Virus record (IMG/VR): IMGVR_UViG_3300045988_159607
DNA length: 64,000 bases
DNA from: a virus
Direction: 5' to 3' (one strand)
The translations under genes were made by a program, and so were the position numbers. Position 1 is the stretch's first letter, and each line of letters begins with the position of its first letter. Shown here piece after piece: positions 1 through 10,624 of this stretch. Below the pieces are notes generated by a model. The model had not been told where the DNA came from. It did not search any database and saw only the letters and a list, made by a program, of their open reading frames with translations.

Positions 1-21
1 CAGGTAAGGAGAGTTGGACAA

Positions 22-1347
22 ATGCAAGGTATGCCAAGTCAAATCCAACTAAAGGACAGTACGGGACTGGAGGTGATTCAGACTAAAAATATAACCACTA
101 CCGTAACGTTCACCAACGTTCCTTATGGACAGTACATTTTATATGTTTCAGAAGGGGATTTTTCAAAAGAGACTTCACAAAGTGTTACAGTGAACAGTGA
201 AGGAATGCAGGTGCAAGTAAATCTTACTCCGCTGTATATGGTGCAAGTAAAAGTAAATCCTTTAGGTGGCACTGTGAAATTTACAGATTCGGAAGGACAG
301 GCATATACAGGTTCGGCAGATCCAGTAACATACACGGCACGGTTTGACAAAATTCCTGCGGGAAATTATCAGATTAAGATTACATCTTCCGGTTTCAGTG
401 ATTTTTCAACGACAGGGAGTATAAGTGGGGTTTATCAAACAAGTGTGAATTTGGAATACACCTTATCCAAACCGAACAAGTTGGTGCAGATAACAAGTAA
501 CCAATCCTCTTACCAATTAGATACATCATACAAATACGTTTCTCTTTTGATAGTTGGGAGGGGAGGCGGAAAATTTGAGTATTGGTCATCCTGGAATGAA
601 TTTGTATTGATGGGTGGAACAACTGGACAAATTGTGTATATTCCTAATATATTGATGTCGGATATTTCAAATGGTCAAATAAATAAAATTACATTTAGTG
701 ATGTCCCAAATGCAGGAGCTTGGACGTATGGGACGGAGTATTCCATAAAATTAGGAATAACAACTTATGAATACAAAGCCTATAATGGGAAAGATGTTGC
801 TCAAAATGATGCCGATTATCCTATACCACAAGGAAATAAATTGGGCAATTATTCTGTATATAACGCAAAAAGTTCCGGTGGTTTTACTGCCCACATGAGA
901 GGCACATTTTATTGTAGTGGAAGCTACGGAAGTCAAAACGCAAAAGAAGAAACTTATTCTTCTACAGGACCAAGAATGCAACCGGATGGAGCGCCGGGCG
1001 GAGATGGCAGATATGGATATAAAAGTTCCTATGAAAATACTGTTTTGAGAGAAGTGACTGAACCTATTCAATCTTCAGTTGTTATTCCTGTCCAATCTAT
1101 TTTTGGAGGCACAAGTAAAGGTGAAGTGGGATATCTGAACACTCTATCTGGAAAAAGAACTGGTGCGTCTTCATATGGAGGTGCGGGCTATGGAGGCTCT
1201 TATTTTACTTCTCCAGACGGAGGTAAAACAAGAATTGCTGGGTATGGCTCTGGACAAGAATGTTCTCCGGCAGATGATGATGCGGGAAATATTACGAAAC
1301 CAGGAGAGGGTATATTTTGTATATACTACCACAACGAACCTATTTGA
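22..1347 (+). CDS. tail fibre / receptor-binding-like structural protein (possibly 5' truncated at window edge)
   Basis: 441-aa ORF. Repeated beta-sandwich-like modules (VTFTNVPYGQYILYVSEGDFS, ARFDKIPAGNYQIKITSSGFS) resemble those in the 1649-aa ORF. Gly-rich C-terminus (GAPGGDGRYGY, SSYGGAGYGGSY). The frame is open back to position 1. Confidence 0.5.
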   Translation: MQGMPSQIQLKDSTGLEVIQTKNITTTVTFTNVPYGQYILYVSEGDFSKETSQSVTVNSEGMQVQVNLTPLYMVQVKVNPLGGTVKFTDSEGQAYTGSADPVTYTARFDKIPAGNYQIKITSSGFSDFSTTGSISGVYQTSVNLEYTLSKPNKLVQITSNQSSYQLDTSYKYVSLLIVGRGGGKFEYWSSWNEFVLMGGTTGQIVYIPNILMSDISNGQINKITFSDVPNAGAWTYGTEYSIKLGITTYEYKAYNGKDVAQNDADYPIPQGNKLGNYSVYNAKSSGGFTAHMRGTFYCSGSYGSQNAKEETYSSTGPRMQPDGAPGGDGRYGYKSSYENTVLREVTEPIQSSVVIPVQSIFGGTSKGEVGYLNTLSGKRTGASSYGGAGYGGSYFTSPDGGKTRIAGYGSGQECSPADDDAGNITKPGEGIFCIYYHNEPI

Positions 1348-1354
1348 TAAACTA

Positions 1355-1386
1355 AAAGGAGAGTTTAATTGCTCTCCTTTTTTTGC
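1355..1386 (+). terminator. rho-independent terminator-like hairpin
   Basis: AAAGGAGAG-tttaattg-CTCTCCTTT followed by a T-run, directly after the stop at 1347. Confidence 0.6.
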
Positions 1387-1489
1387 TTTGATTATAAAAG
1401 AGGTACAAACTTACCGTGTTTGTTCGGAAAAGATTATCTTTGTGACAAGTAATTACTTAGATAAATCAAATTTAAAAATTTTCATTGCA

Positions 1490-1816
1490 ATGGATATAAT
1501 CAAAAGAACAGTAACAGCTAATTCCAATAAGCTGATAACTACTAATGGTGAAGCTGCACCTTCTTTAATCAGTAGTGCATGGAACTTATCTGATATTAAC
1601 GAAGATATTGTTCTGACCGATCAAAACGGACAAGAAGTTCCGTTTATAATCGTCCCTCTTTCAGAAGGAACAATTAAAGTAATCTTGACAGGTGGAATGG
1701 AATACACCATTTCAGAAGCGGAAGTGAGCGCAAATATAGGAACGCCACTCATGTACATGGTTCAGAAGATTCTGAAAGACGGAACAACGGCAACTTCTTT
1801 AAGTATAGGTATCTAA
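1490..1816 (+). CDS. hypothetical structural-module protein
   Basis: The track ORF 1163..1816 overlaps the upstream gene and terminator. The internal ATG at 1490 (MDIIKRTV...) follows a TATCTTTG box at 1435-1442. Confidence 0.45.
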   Translation: MDIIKRTVTANSNKLITTNGEAAPSLISSAWNLSDINEDIVLTDQNGQEVPFIIVPLSEGTIKVILTGGMEYTISEAEVSANIGTPLMYMVQKILKDGTTATSLSIGI

Positions 1817-1832
1817 AGGAAAGGAACCAGCA

Positions 1833-3500
1833 ATGAATTTAATAGGAAATATTAATGCAATTCCTTTTAGGAGATTTAGGGGAGGGGGTGGAGTAACTCC
1901 TTTTCCATCTATTCCTGGTATGATTGCAAGGTATTCAGCATTAGGTCTCACCAATGAGCAGATGGCTGCCAATCCTGTATGGGTAGATAAGACAGGTAAT
2001 GGGCATGATTTGCAAATGAAGAACTTCCTTTGGGGTGGAATGTCTGGAGTAGGTGGATATAATCAAAATTTTAATCAATGGGGTTATGGTAATTTGTCTC
2101 CAGCCACACAAACTCATACTTCTTATAAAATAGAGTTGAGCGTACCATCTACACTTAAAACAGCAAATATTTATTCAAATGCTAATTCTATAGGAAAAGA
2201 AGGAGATGTCTATGATTTTACTTTAAATATAGTAGGCTTAAAGGATGGTGCATTGCTGCGTATAACCAAAGGTGTTGTTTCTGGTGTTATCGAGAGGATA
2301 GAAAAAGATGGTATTTATAAGATATATCAGCCTATTGAAGCAGGTTGGGATCAACCTCGAATTTATATTTTCATAAGTAATCCAAATTTGGTTGACCTTA
2401 ATATTACCATCGAACAACTTCCCCTCTACCCCGGTGCACTCGTCTTTGACGGAGTAGACGATTCTGGTGTCTGTAATAACTTCCCTATTCTGACTAAGGA
2501 AAAGGGATATACGGTTGTGGCGTTGAGACAGTGGGATCAAGATTTCTTGAATACAACTTTGACAGGAGGACTGTTGTCAACTAGGAATTATTCCACGGGA
2601 GAAGGTGTAGCATTTGAAAAAATAGAATCCTCAAATAAGGGTTATTGGAATTTAGGTGCTGGAGGTGTCATAGATTTTGCAAAATCACCATTTACATGGC
2701 AAACATCAAAACAATATAATAATGTTGGTATTTTAAAAGGTGACAAAAATCATGGAAAACCATTAAGTGTAGGATGTGGATTGTCTGGAGGCCAACAGTG
2801 TGGTAGATTTGCTATCTGGGAACTTGTATTTCTCGACCACGATGCCACCGAAGAAGAACTGACCAAGATCAAAGACTACTTCGTCAAAACCTATCCCTGG
2901 CTCTTTCCCGACCAAGCATGGACAGTCACCGGCAAGACCAACGAGGACGAAGATCGTGCTACTATTGCCAACATTACGGGCAATGGTAATGATCTTATAC
3001 TGTCTAATTTTGGGTTTATCGAAGGAAGTGGCTACAATGAAGAAGGTGAATATGCTGGCTATCTGGTTACTGATGGGGTGGATGATAAGATAACTTCGTC
3101 TATATTTAAAATGGGTAATGATTGGACTGTAATAGGAGATTGGGAGCTTATAAATACAGGGAAAAATGACAATGCTGGTATTGTAAAATTTGATAGTATA
3201 GTCATTTATAATTATAATTCAATGCTCATTAATATAAAAAATGGTAGAAATATTTTGATTCCCGATCAAAATACCGTTAATGCAATTTGTTCTGATGGCA
3301 GGATTTATTCAAAAGACTGGAAAGAATCTATTTATAATGAAGAAACGGAATCTACCAGTAAAAATTTCTTAACTATAGGATATTCAGGTAACACATATAC
3401 TAAAATTGCTTTCAAAAACTTAGCGATTTATCCTACAGTCCTTTCCAAGGAAGATTGTATAAAAGCATATAACTATTTACAAACTTTAAAGGCAAAATAA
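1833..3500 (+). CDS. LamG/concanavalin-A-like lectin-fold tail protein (two domains)
   Basis: 555 aa. Duplicated motifs typical of LamG-type phage fibre domains: ALVFDGVDDSG and YLVTDGVDDKITS. The C-terminal ...LAIYPTVLSKEDCIKAYNYL is also typical of these domains. Confidence 0.5.
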   Translation: MNLIGNINAIPFRRFRGGGGVTPFPSIPGMIARYSALGLTNEQMAANPVWVDKTGNGHDLQMKNFLWGGMSGVGGYNQNFNQWGYGNLSPATQTHTSYKIELSVPSTLKTANIYSNANSIGKEGDVYDFTLNIVGLKDGALLRITKGVVSGVIERIEKDGIYKIYQPIEAGWDQPRIYIFISNPNLVDLNITIEQLPLYPGALVFDGVDDSGVCNNFPILTKEKGYTVVALRQWDQDFLNTTLTGGLLSTRNYSTGEGVAFEKIESSNKGYWNLGAGGVIDFAKSPFTWQTSKQYNNVGILKGDKNHGKPLSVGCGLSGGQQCGRFAIWELVFLDHDATEEELTKIKDYFVKTYPWLFPDQAWTVTGKTNEDEDRATIANITGNGNDLILSNFGFIEGSGYNEEGEYAGYLVTDGVDDKITSSIFKMGNDWTVIGDWELINTGKNDNAGIVKFDSIVIYNYNSMLINIKNGRNILIPDQNTVNAICSDGRIYSKDWKESIYNEETESTSKNFLTIGYSGNTYTKIAFKNLAIYPTVLSKEDCIKAYNYLQTLKAK

Positions 3501-3501
3501 T

Positions 3502-4155
3502 ATGAAATACGCAATAGTAGATTTATTGTGGGCAAAATCACATGGTATTGAAATACTGCCCGAAATGAGAACAAGTATAGATCAGAGTAAAGTTATTCTA
3601 CATGAAGAAATGTTAGTACCTTTCGAAGATGAATCATTTCCAAGATATTCATTTAGTGATCCAACTTTTATTGAATTGTTAAATAGTGAAGAATGGACTA
3701 TTGCAGAAGAAGAACCTGTAATTAATAGAGACTTTAGTCGTATCTTAGCTTTGAATATCCTTGGTGAAGAGATTGCTAAAGAAATCAATACATATGATCT
3801 TACTCCCGGTGAAGCATTACAAGTTAAAGATCATTATCCAGAATGGGTTGCAGGTATCACTGTTAAAGTAGGAGAAAGATATTTATCTGATAATGTTCTT
3901 TGGGAATGTATAAAAGAACATACTACTCAAGATAATTGGAAACCTTCTATGGCTACTGCAAGTTTGTGGAAAGTAGTGGATGAAGAACATGCAGGTACTA
4001 TAGATGATCCTATTATTTACATTCCACCTATGGAAATATTCAAAGACAAATACTATATCCAAAATGGTGTAAAATATAAATGTACAAGAAATAGCGAACA
4101 ACCTCTTACACATGATTTATCAGCCCTTGTTGGATTGTATGTTGAGAAAGTTTAA
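3502..4155 (+). CDS. protein with CBM5/12-like carbohydrate-binding motif
   Basis: VKVGERYLSDNVLWECIKEHTTQDNWKPSMATASLWKVV fits the G..V.Y.G..Y.C...H.S...W.P.....LW pattern of chitin-binding type 3 / CBM5_12 domains. Confidence 0.5.
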   Translation: MKYAIVDLLWAKSHGIEILPEMRTSIDQSKVILHEEMLVPFEDESFPRYSFSDPTFIELLNSEEWTIAEEEPVINRDFSRILALNILGEEIAKEINTYDLTPGEALQVKDHYPEWVAGITVKVGERYLSDNVLWECIKEHTTQDNWKPSMATASLWKVVDEEHAGTIDDPIIYIPPMEIFKDKYYIQNGVKYKCTRNSEQPLTHDLSALVGLYVEKV

Positions 4156-4172
4156 TTATCAATAAGTTAAGG

Positions 4173-7100
4173 ATGTCACAGGAAATTTACAATAAAACCG
4201 TGTTCAAACGGTTCTTTGAAGAAAATGATCCTGCTGTAATGGAATGGGCGGAGAATGTACTTGAAAAGGTATCTTCTCCCGGTATTCTTCCTACTTTTAT
4301 AAAGAAGGACGGAGAGGATTTTAAGGCGTATTGGGAAACAGTCTGTCATATCTTTGCGCTTGTTGTCTTGTATGCAAAGCAATATAACGAGATTGATACG
4401 AACAAGATTCTGTTTGAACTTTTTATTGAAAACAGAGGACTTGTGACAGACGAAGTGAACACACTTGAACAGATGAAATATCTGTTCAACAATTATGTGA
4501 AGGAATATAGAAAAAGAGGAACACTTGATATTGTAAACAAGGAAGGCACGATACTTGGGGAGCTTCTCCGTCTTATTAGATACAAGACGGAGGATGAGTT
4601 TATATTTGCCCTTTTGATGTCTCGTGATACTGGATGGACAATGGGACATAGCTCTCCTACATGGAACAGGACAGACACGGTTCTGAATGTTACAAAAGGG
4701 TATGAAACAACGGAAAGTGTAAAAGATTTGAATGCCTATCCACTTGTGAACCCTACAGGTGTTGTTATTGTGGATGATATAGACAACGATGGTAACCCTA
4801 TACAGGCAATGACTTTCGTTGGAAATGCTTTGGTGGGTATTTCTTCTGAAATTGACAAAACGAAGCTCCTTCCTATTTCCGAGAATCTTACTTATCAGAT
4901 TTCTTTCAAAGCAAAGGTTTCTTCGACAAGTAACCAAAATTTGAAATTCGGTGTGGAAGTGTTTGACGAAGCTATCCAACCTATGGTATGTAAAGAATTT
5001 TACGGAAGTGTGGAGAGCAATAATTTTGTTTCAGACAGCAAAGGAATCCTGGAGCTTCCTGTAGCCGGAGTGTATTATGAATGTCGTGCAATTCTTTCAA
5101 GAAAGAACAGGGCGTATGAAAAGCAGTTGGAGCTTAACTTCCCGAAAGGGAGGGGTCTCCAAATGAAGGGTGGAATGAAATTCTTGTCATTAAACCTTAC
5201 ACAAGACAGGTCAGTAGCATCACTTACGTCCGTATTTATTTATGATATAAAGATAAAACCGCTTTTTCTTCCGTTCTATCAAGGGAATTTAGGTGAAAAG
5301 GATGTAATAGCAGCTTATTATCTTAATAATTCCCTTGCAAGTGAGAACGGGGTAAAGAACTTTACGGAAGATTATCTTGTTGCCTATAAAAACATAATGG
5401 GCAGTGAAGATATCCGTCCTTTGAAAGAAAAGAATGTTATTTTCAAAGTATTGTCCGATAGAGGTTCTTATATAGAGGGTGCTTCTATTTCCATTTTAAA
5501 TAAGGTCCTTGTAACAAACAGAAACGGGGAAGCATCTATTGTGCTTTATCCGGGTGATTATTCTATTGATGTGGAGAAGTCTTTGTTCATGAATATAGAA
5601 GATAGATTGTTTCAGGTATTGGAAGACGATGAAGAAACGCAGGTGGAATATATTCAAATGCAAGGAGATGTGTATGAAAGGAAAGTCACGTTCGTTGTAA
5701 GGGGCGAAAATGAAAGACCTATACAAAATGCCCTTGTTACTTTTAATGGTGAATTTAAATATACGGATTCTTCCGGTAACGCTATATTCATGGCTTTTCC
5801 AGGACTGTATCCCTACACTGTAAGCAAGACAGATTATTACACTGTAAGCAAGAATATCAATGTACAGGATGACCAATCCGAACCCGTAACACTTGTGCTG
5901 ATACCGAGATATACGGTTACATTTACGGTGACAAATTCATCAACAGGAGCGGTGGAAGGAGCGAATGTAACGCTTACTGCAAAAGGGAAACTGGCGGCAG
6001 AAGATTCCATTGCTTATTCAGAAAGTAGAATAACAGGTACAGGTGGGAGAGCCGTTTTCACAAATATACTTGGGGGTGATTACACTTATCTTGTTGAAAG
6101 GCAAAATTGGATTCCCGTAAATGGAGATATAACTGTTGACAGCAATAAGGATATACAGGTGAATTTCAATCCTATGCCTACTTTTAACATGACGTTTACT
6201 GTAAATGACTACAACACTTTTACAGGGGAGAAAAAGCCTTTAAATGGGGCTACTGTGAAATTTGCCGGTTTGACAAAGCAGACTTCTAACAATGGACAGG
6301 CTGTTTTTGAAGGAGTGTTGGGTGGAAAATATTCTTATGATGTATTTTACGACAATAATCACCAACGGGTATATGTGGAAAACTATGAGTTTTACAATAA
6401 TTCAAACCTTACGATAGACTTGAAACAACTTACCCACAAGACTACTATAAAAGTTTTTGGTGCTGGAGGAATGGTTGTTGAAGGTGCTAAAGTAAATGTG
6501 AACGGTAAAGATTTTACACAAAAAGATTCTTCCGGTATTGTATTGGAACTTCCTAATGGAGTATATACCGCTATTGCTTCTTATGAGGAATACGAGGACA
6601 GGGAACAGCAGTTTACTGTGAACGGAGCCGCACAGGTGGTGAGCATTTATATGGATCAAACCTTGTATGACCTTACATTTGTTGTAACAGAGGATAACGG
6701 TATCATTTCCAATGGCACAAGAATAACACTTAATCAAGGGGGAGCGGGAGAACAGACAGGTCTGACGAATAACGGGCAAATCAAATTCTCCGTTCCGAGA
6801 ATGCGTTATGATTGGGTGGCTTCGAAGCAATATTTCAGTGATCAGACGGGCGTTGTGCAACCAAATGACCTTCCAAAAACAGTGAATGTTGCGATGCCAA
6901 GAAAAGAAACGAGAGTGCAGTTCTATGTTTATAATTCCGATACAGGACTTCCAGTTTCAGGAGCTTCTGTAAAACCCGAAGGACTTAGCACGCAGAATAC
7001 AGGGTCGGACGGTACAACGACCTTTACGATGCAGATGGGAAAGACTTACAAATATGAGGTTTCCGTTTATGACTATCAGCCTACGGAAGGCTCTGTCACA

Positions 7101-9122
7101 GTCAATCAGGAAACAATGCCACAACAAAGGGTGGGTGTTTCCAATAAGACTTACAGCGCCCATATTACAGTGAAATCCCGAAATGGATATAACATTAATC
7201 GGGCTTACGTGACTTATGGAGGAAAGAGCGGGTACACCAACTCACAAGGACAGCTTACACTTACTGGAATACAATCAGGGTCGTACAATGCCACTTGTAC
7301 GGCAGACAATTATCAATCCCAAACGAAAAACAATATTGCAATATCGGGAGCTGACACGTATATAGATTTCACTCTTGACTATGAGCTTACGACAACTTAT
7401 ATTTATCTTAGAAAGGAAAATGTATTGCAACCTTATGCTTCCGTGAATATAAGAACTACTGCGCCTGACGGTTCATCTTATTACAGTGGTACAGATCAGA
7501 CAAATGGAAGTGGTAGGATAACGGTTTCTTCTCCTTCTGGAGGTTATGTGTATGCTTCCGCTACGGATTCGGAATGTGTAGGGACAGGAGAAGAAGCAGC
7601 GGACGCAGGAGGAAGTAGCATTTACCTTTATCTTTGGAAAGCACTCATTGTTTCTTATAGTGGGTCACCACAGACACCTTCTGTGTCAAGTGGTGTTTAT
7701 GAGATAATAGGAAGCGAAGTAAGAGTGCAGGGAGGAAGCAGGAACACAAGCAACCCTTCTACTGTGTATGCCAATTTCAGAAATCACACAAGAGCTACAG
7801 CCATTAAACAGTGGCCCGTGTCATTTTCCATACAAGGAAGTACCGGAACTTATAATATAGACGCAGCCGGAGGTAATCATTCTGCCTTTAGAGGATGCAC
7901 AAGTCTTTCATCGATTGCAACAAACACAATTCCTTCTATTTCAGGGGGTGTTATCTGTTGGTTTAGAGATTGCACAAGTCTTAGGTCTATTCCTTCCGGG
8001 TTGTTTACTAAAATGACAGGCAATTCTGCTGCCGGCGCATTTTGGGGTAGTGGCGTGACAAGCCTTCCGAGTGGACAACTTGTTCCTACTTCATGCATTT
8101 ATCATTCTTCTATGTTCAGAAGTTGCAAAAATTTGACTTCATGTGTTGGTAATGGTACTTTTGGAAAGGGAGGTGGTACAGAAGATTTCCATGCTGTATT
8201 TTATGAATGCACAGCTTTGAAAAATACAGGAGGTCAATCAGCTACAACTTCTCCATTTAGCAATTCAACGAATGCACAGTATATGCAATATACATTTCAA
8301 GGCTGCACAGCCATAACCGAACTTCCAGTATTATGGTTCAGATATTGTACAAACATTGTTTCTTTTGTTGGTTGCTTTGTTGGTTGCACAAGTCTTGTTG
8401 ACGGTTGGTCTACTGCTATGTTCTCTTACTCTTCGAAGGCAACAAACATGCAGTCATTGTTTGAGAATTGTACTTATTTGTCTATTCCTTATGGGCAGGG
8501 ACTTCCGTCAAGTGTAACGAATGCTTCAAGAATGTTTGCTAATTGCAAGAACTTGTCTGACATATCTTCTTTTGATATGAAGAATGGAAAGTTGCAGAAT
8601 GCAGAAAGTATGTTTGAGAACACGGGCGTGAAACAAATTCCCGCTAAGTTCTTCAATGACCTTACAACACTCACTAACCTTAGGAGATGCTTTGCAGGAT
8701 GCACGTCACTCACTTCTTTTGGCAGAACAGGAAACTATGTAGGGCAACCGGGAACATCTGCACGTCCTGTGAATGTGGATATAGGAAATCAGTTTAACAA
8801 CACCAATTTTGAAAATATTGACAATAGTTTGAATTGTACCGAAATGTTTTCAGGCTGTTCAAATCTTTCTTTAGGAACAGAACAGACTTATGCAGTTTCT
8901 TATACATCTTTTTATGATCGTTCTGTTGCAGGGGTAGGGAAAGTTAATATGGACAGAATGTTTTATGGTTGTTCTAAACTTGGAACCGTCCCTGTTATTC
9001 AAATCCTTACAGGATCATCTAATTATGTAAAGATAACGGAGTCTGGAAACAATAACGTAACAAGTCATAGCCAGACTTTTACAGGCACAAATTGCGAGGG
9101 TGTCCCAAGTGGATGGAAATAG
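4173..9122 (+). CDS. giant tail fibre/adhesin: about 10 prealbumin-like (CarboxypepD_reg-like) repeats plus C-terminal BspA-type leucine-rich repeats
   Basis: 1649 aa. Repeats of roughly 85 aa carry ...V.V...G....TDSSGNA.F..PG.Y.Y.VSK..Y. The C-terminal third has about 12 copies of F.gCtsL.sI (FRGCTSLSSI, FRDCTSLRSIP, FYECTALKN, FQGCTAITELP, FANCKNLSDI, FAGCTSLTSF, FSGCSNLS, FYGCSKLGTVP). Confidence 0.7.
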   Translation: MSQEIYNKTVFKRFFEENDPAVMEWAENVLEKVSSPGILPTFIKKDGEDFKAYWETVCHIFALVVLYAKQYNEIDTNKILFELFIENRGLVTDEVNTLEQMKYLFNNYVKEYRKRGTLDIVNKEGTILGELLRLIRYKTEDEFIFALLMSRDTGWTMGHSSPTWNRTDTVLNVTKGYETTESVKDLNAYPLVNPTGVVIVDDIDNDGNPIQAMTFVGNALVGISSEIDKTKLLPISENLTYQISFKAKVSSTSNQNLKFGVEVFDEAIQPMVCKEFYGSVESNNFVSDSKGILELPVAGVYYECRAILSRKNRAYEKQLELNFPKGRGLQMKGGMKFLSLNLTQDRSVASLTSVFIYDIKIKPLFLPFYQGNLGEKDVIAAYYLNNSLASENGVKNFTEDYLVAYKNIMGSEDIRPLKEKNVIFKVLSDRGSYIEGASISILNKVLVTNRNGEASIVLYPGDYSIDVEKSLFMNIEDRLFQVLEDDEETQVEYIQMQGDVYERKVTFVVRGENERPIQNALVTFNGEFKYTDSSGNAIFMAFPGLYPYTVSKTDYYTVSKNINVQDDQSEPVTLVLIPRYTVTFTVTNSSTGAVEGANVTLTAKGKLAAEDSIAYSESRITGTGGRAVFTNILGGDYTYLVERQNWIPVNGDITVDSNKDIQVNFNPMPTFNMTFTVNDYNTFTGEKKPLNGATVKFAGLTKQTSNNGQAVFEGVLGGKYSYDVFYDNNHQRVYVENYEFYNNSNLTIDLKQLTHKTTIKVFGAGGMVVEGAKVNVNGKDFTQKDSSGIVLELPNGVYTAIASYEEYEDREQQFTVNGAAQVVSIYMDQTLYDLTFVVTEDNGIISNGTRITLNQGGAGEQTGLTNNGQIKFSVPRMRYDWVASKQYFSDQTGVVQPNDLPKTVNVAMPRKETRVQFYVYNSDTGLPVSGASVKPEGLSTQNTGSDGTTTFTMQMGKTYKYEVSVYDYQPTEGSVTVNQETMPQQRVGVSNKTYSAHITVKSRNGYNINRAYVTYGGKSGYTNSQGQLTLTGIQSGSYNATCTADNYQSQTKNNIAISGADTYIDFTLDYELTTTYIYLRKENVLQPYASVNIRTTAPDGSSYYSGTDQTNGSGRITVSSPSGGYVYASATDSECVGTGEEAADAGGSSIYLYLWKALIVSYSGSPQTPSVSSGVYEIIGSEVRVQGGSRNTSNPSTVYANFRNHTRATAIKQWPVSFSIQGSTGTYNIDAAGGNHSAFRGCTSLSSIATNTIPSISGGVICWFRDCTSLRSIPSGLFTKMTGNSAAGAFWGSGVTSLPSGQLVPTSCIYHSSMFRSCKNLTSCVGNGTFGKGGGTEDFHAVFYECTALKNTGGQSATTSPFSNSTNAQYMQYTFQGCTAITELPVLWFRYCTNIVSFVGCFVGCTSLVDGWSTAMFSYSSKATNMQSLFENCTYLSIPYGQGLPSSVTNASRMFANCKNLSDISSFDMKNGKLQNAESMFENTGVKQIPAKFFNDLTTLTNLRRCFAGCTSLTSFGRTGNYVGQPGTSARPVNVDIGNQFNNTNFENIDNSLNCTEMFSGCSNLSLGTEQTYAVSYTSFYDRSVAGVGKVNMDRMFYGCSKLGTVPVIQILTGSSNYVKITESGNNNVTSHSQTFTGTNCEGVPSGWK

Positions 9123-9150
9123 TAAGTCAAAAATAATTAAAATATTGAGT

Positions 9151-9996
9151 ATGAGCAAGTTAAATGTTAGTAGAAATGTTTTTTTAGAGAAAGAAGAACT
9201 TTCAAATATGATTTCTTTCTTTGCTACAGCACCGCTTATGAAGGCGGTGCTACAGGCATCTTATTCTTTTGGGATGATTACGAATGACCCATCTAAGATC
9301 AATCCTAATACAGTTAACAAACCAGTAGAAGATGAAAATCTTGTAGAACCTTTTAAAGTGGAAACAGGAACAAACTCTGGCACTATTAAGGTACTTCCTG
9401 GGATGGCTCTTACCAGTGCCGGGAACTTTATAGATATCAATGTAGAAGATAATATTCTTGTACCGAACGACAGCAATTTCTATTGGGTGAAGATTGCTTA
9501 CAAAACAAGAAATTACGAAAAGGGATATGTAAGCGTAAACTCACAAGGTATCGTTTCTGGTTCTGTGGATTTTACAGGTAAGGTAAGAGGTCAATCTTCA
9601 TCAACCCCCGTCTCTATCCGGTTTGAAAAACAAGACGGTTCTGTTCCTTTGAATAATGGCGTTTATCAGATTGTGAATATAATAGACAATCAGAATTTAC
9701 TTCTTACGTCCGCTACTACATTCACTCCTGAATCCAATTTAAGAGCTATTGTGCTTGGGACACTTCCTTTGGGAGGTGTATTGACTTCCGAGCAGCGAAA
9801 CGGTTTATACACTTATGATGATTATGTCATTTCTTTAGTACCGGAAGTTAGCATAAGCACTCCGCCGGAAAAAGAACCGGACGAGTATTATATCGCTCGT
9901 GTACAAAATTCTGGCGGCACGGTATCTGTTTACAATGAAGTGAAAAGCGAATATTGGTCGCTTGGGAATATATTCATGTCAACTTCTAAAAGTTAA
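9151..9996 (+). CDS. hypothetical structural protein
   Basis: Track ORF 9100..9996. The ATG at 9151 (MSKLNVSR...) avoids overlap with the upstream gene. No motif recognised. Confidence 0.5.
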   Translation: MSKLNVSRNVFLEKEELSNMISFFATAPLMKAVLQASYSFGMITNDPSKINPNTVNKPVEDENLVEPFKVETGTNSGTIKVLPGMALTSAGNFIDINVEDNILVPNDSNFYWVKIAYKTRNYEKGYVSVNSQGIVSGSVDFTGKVRGQSSSTPVSIRFEKQDGSVPLNNGVYQIVNIIDNQNLLLTSATTFTPESNLRAIVLGTLPLGGVLTSEQRNGLYTYDDYVISLVPEVSISTPPEKEPDEYYIARVQNSGGTVSVYNEVKSEYWSLGNIFMSTSKS

Positions 9997-10001
9997 GGCT
10001 T

Positions 10002-10568
10002 ATGTTACGGTTTTATTATACGGTCAGTTCGGGATATAACAGTCCGCAGACAAAAGTTTCAGATTCGTTGGGAGGGTACAAATCTTCTACACCTGTGCCT
10101 AATGATGTTTTTGGCAATTTATTTGATGAAATAAGCCTTAATTTGGCTTCAAATCCTCGTAGCCAATATGTTGCTCTTGTTTTGAAAAATGAGGGCACAG
10201 AAACGCTTAAAAACGTTGAATTATGGTTTTCTTCTGTAACGGATAACCCCTACGGAACAATCACAGTAGGAGCTATAGGGATGGGAAAGGATGAAGAAGA
10301 AAATCCGGTTACTTCGCGCACATCTTCCATAAACGAAAAGCCTTATTGGATTCAGTTCCATGAAGCAAAAGAGGAAGAACCGGTATCGCTTGGCGATATG
10401 GAAGCAGGAAAAGAAATCTGTTTGTGGTTTTGTCGGTCGCTTGATAAGGAAATTATAAAAAGTGACTATGATCTTGTGGCAGAGAGAGATATGAACACGC
10501 AGAACCGCTATAAAAAGGTGGAAAAGCAGACAGAGGAAATTTTTAACATTAATTTGCTTTGGGAATAA
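10002..10568 (+). CDS. hypothetical structural protein
   Basis: 188-aa ORF, 5 nt after the upstream stop. It is the last gene before a terminator. Confidence 0.5.
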   Translation: MLRFYYTVSSGYNSPQTKVSDSLGGYKSSTPVPNDVFGNLFDEISLNLASNPRSQYVALVLKNEGTETLKNVELWFSSVTDNPYGTITVGAIGMGKDEEENPVTSRTSSINEKPYWIQFHEAKEEEPVSLGDMEAGKEICLWFCRSLDKEIIKSDYDLVAERDMNTQNRYKKVEKQTEEIFNINLLWE

Positions 10569-10595
10569 ATACAATAATTGTATTTTTGTCGGTGT

Positions 10596-10624
10596 AAGGG
10601 GAGAGAAATTTCCCCTTCTTTTAA
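10596..10624 (+). terminator. rho-independent terminator-like hairpin
   Basis: AAGGGGA-gagaaatt-TCCCCTT followed by CTTTTAA. Confidence 0.6.

Noticed and set aside
1163-1489. 5' extensions of track ORFs that overlap upstream genes: 1163..1816, 11001..11399, 30114..31196, 32222..34654, 42192..42596, 44265..44684, 35205..35468, 59607..59645.
   Set aside because: The extensions run through upstream coding sequence, terminators or promoter motifs. Internal ATGs give the compact, slightly overlapping arrangement seen elsewhere in the window.
4176-4979. Long antisense ORFs in the track. Examples: 4176..4979 (-), 29374..29946 (-), 30734..31165 (-), 41070..41489 (-), 27765..28151 (-), 51995..52423 (+).
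   Set aside because: Each lies entirely inside a longer opposite-strand ORF that has recognisable motifs or better packing. Their translations are low-complexity (Ser/Phe/Leu-rich), as expected for shadow frames of AT-rich coding DNA.
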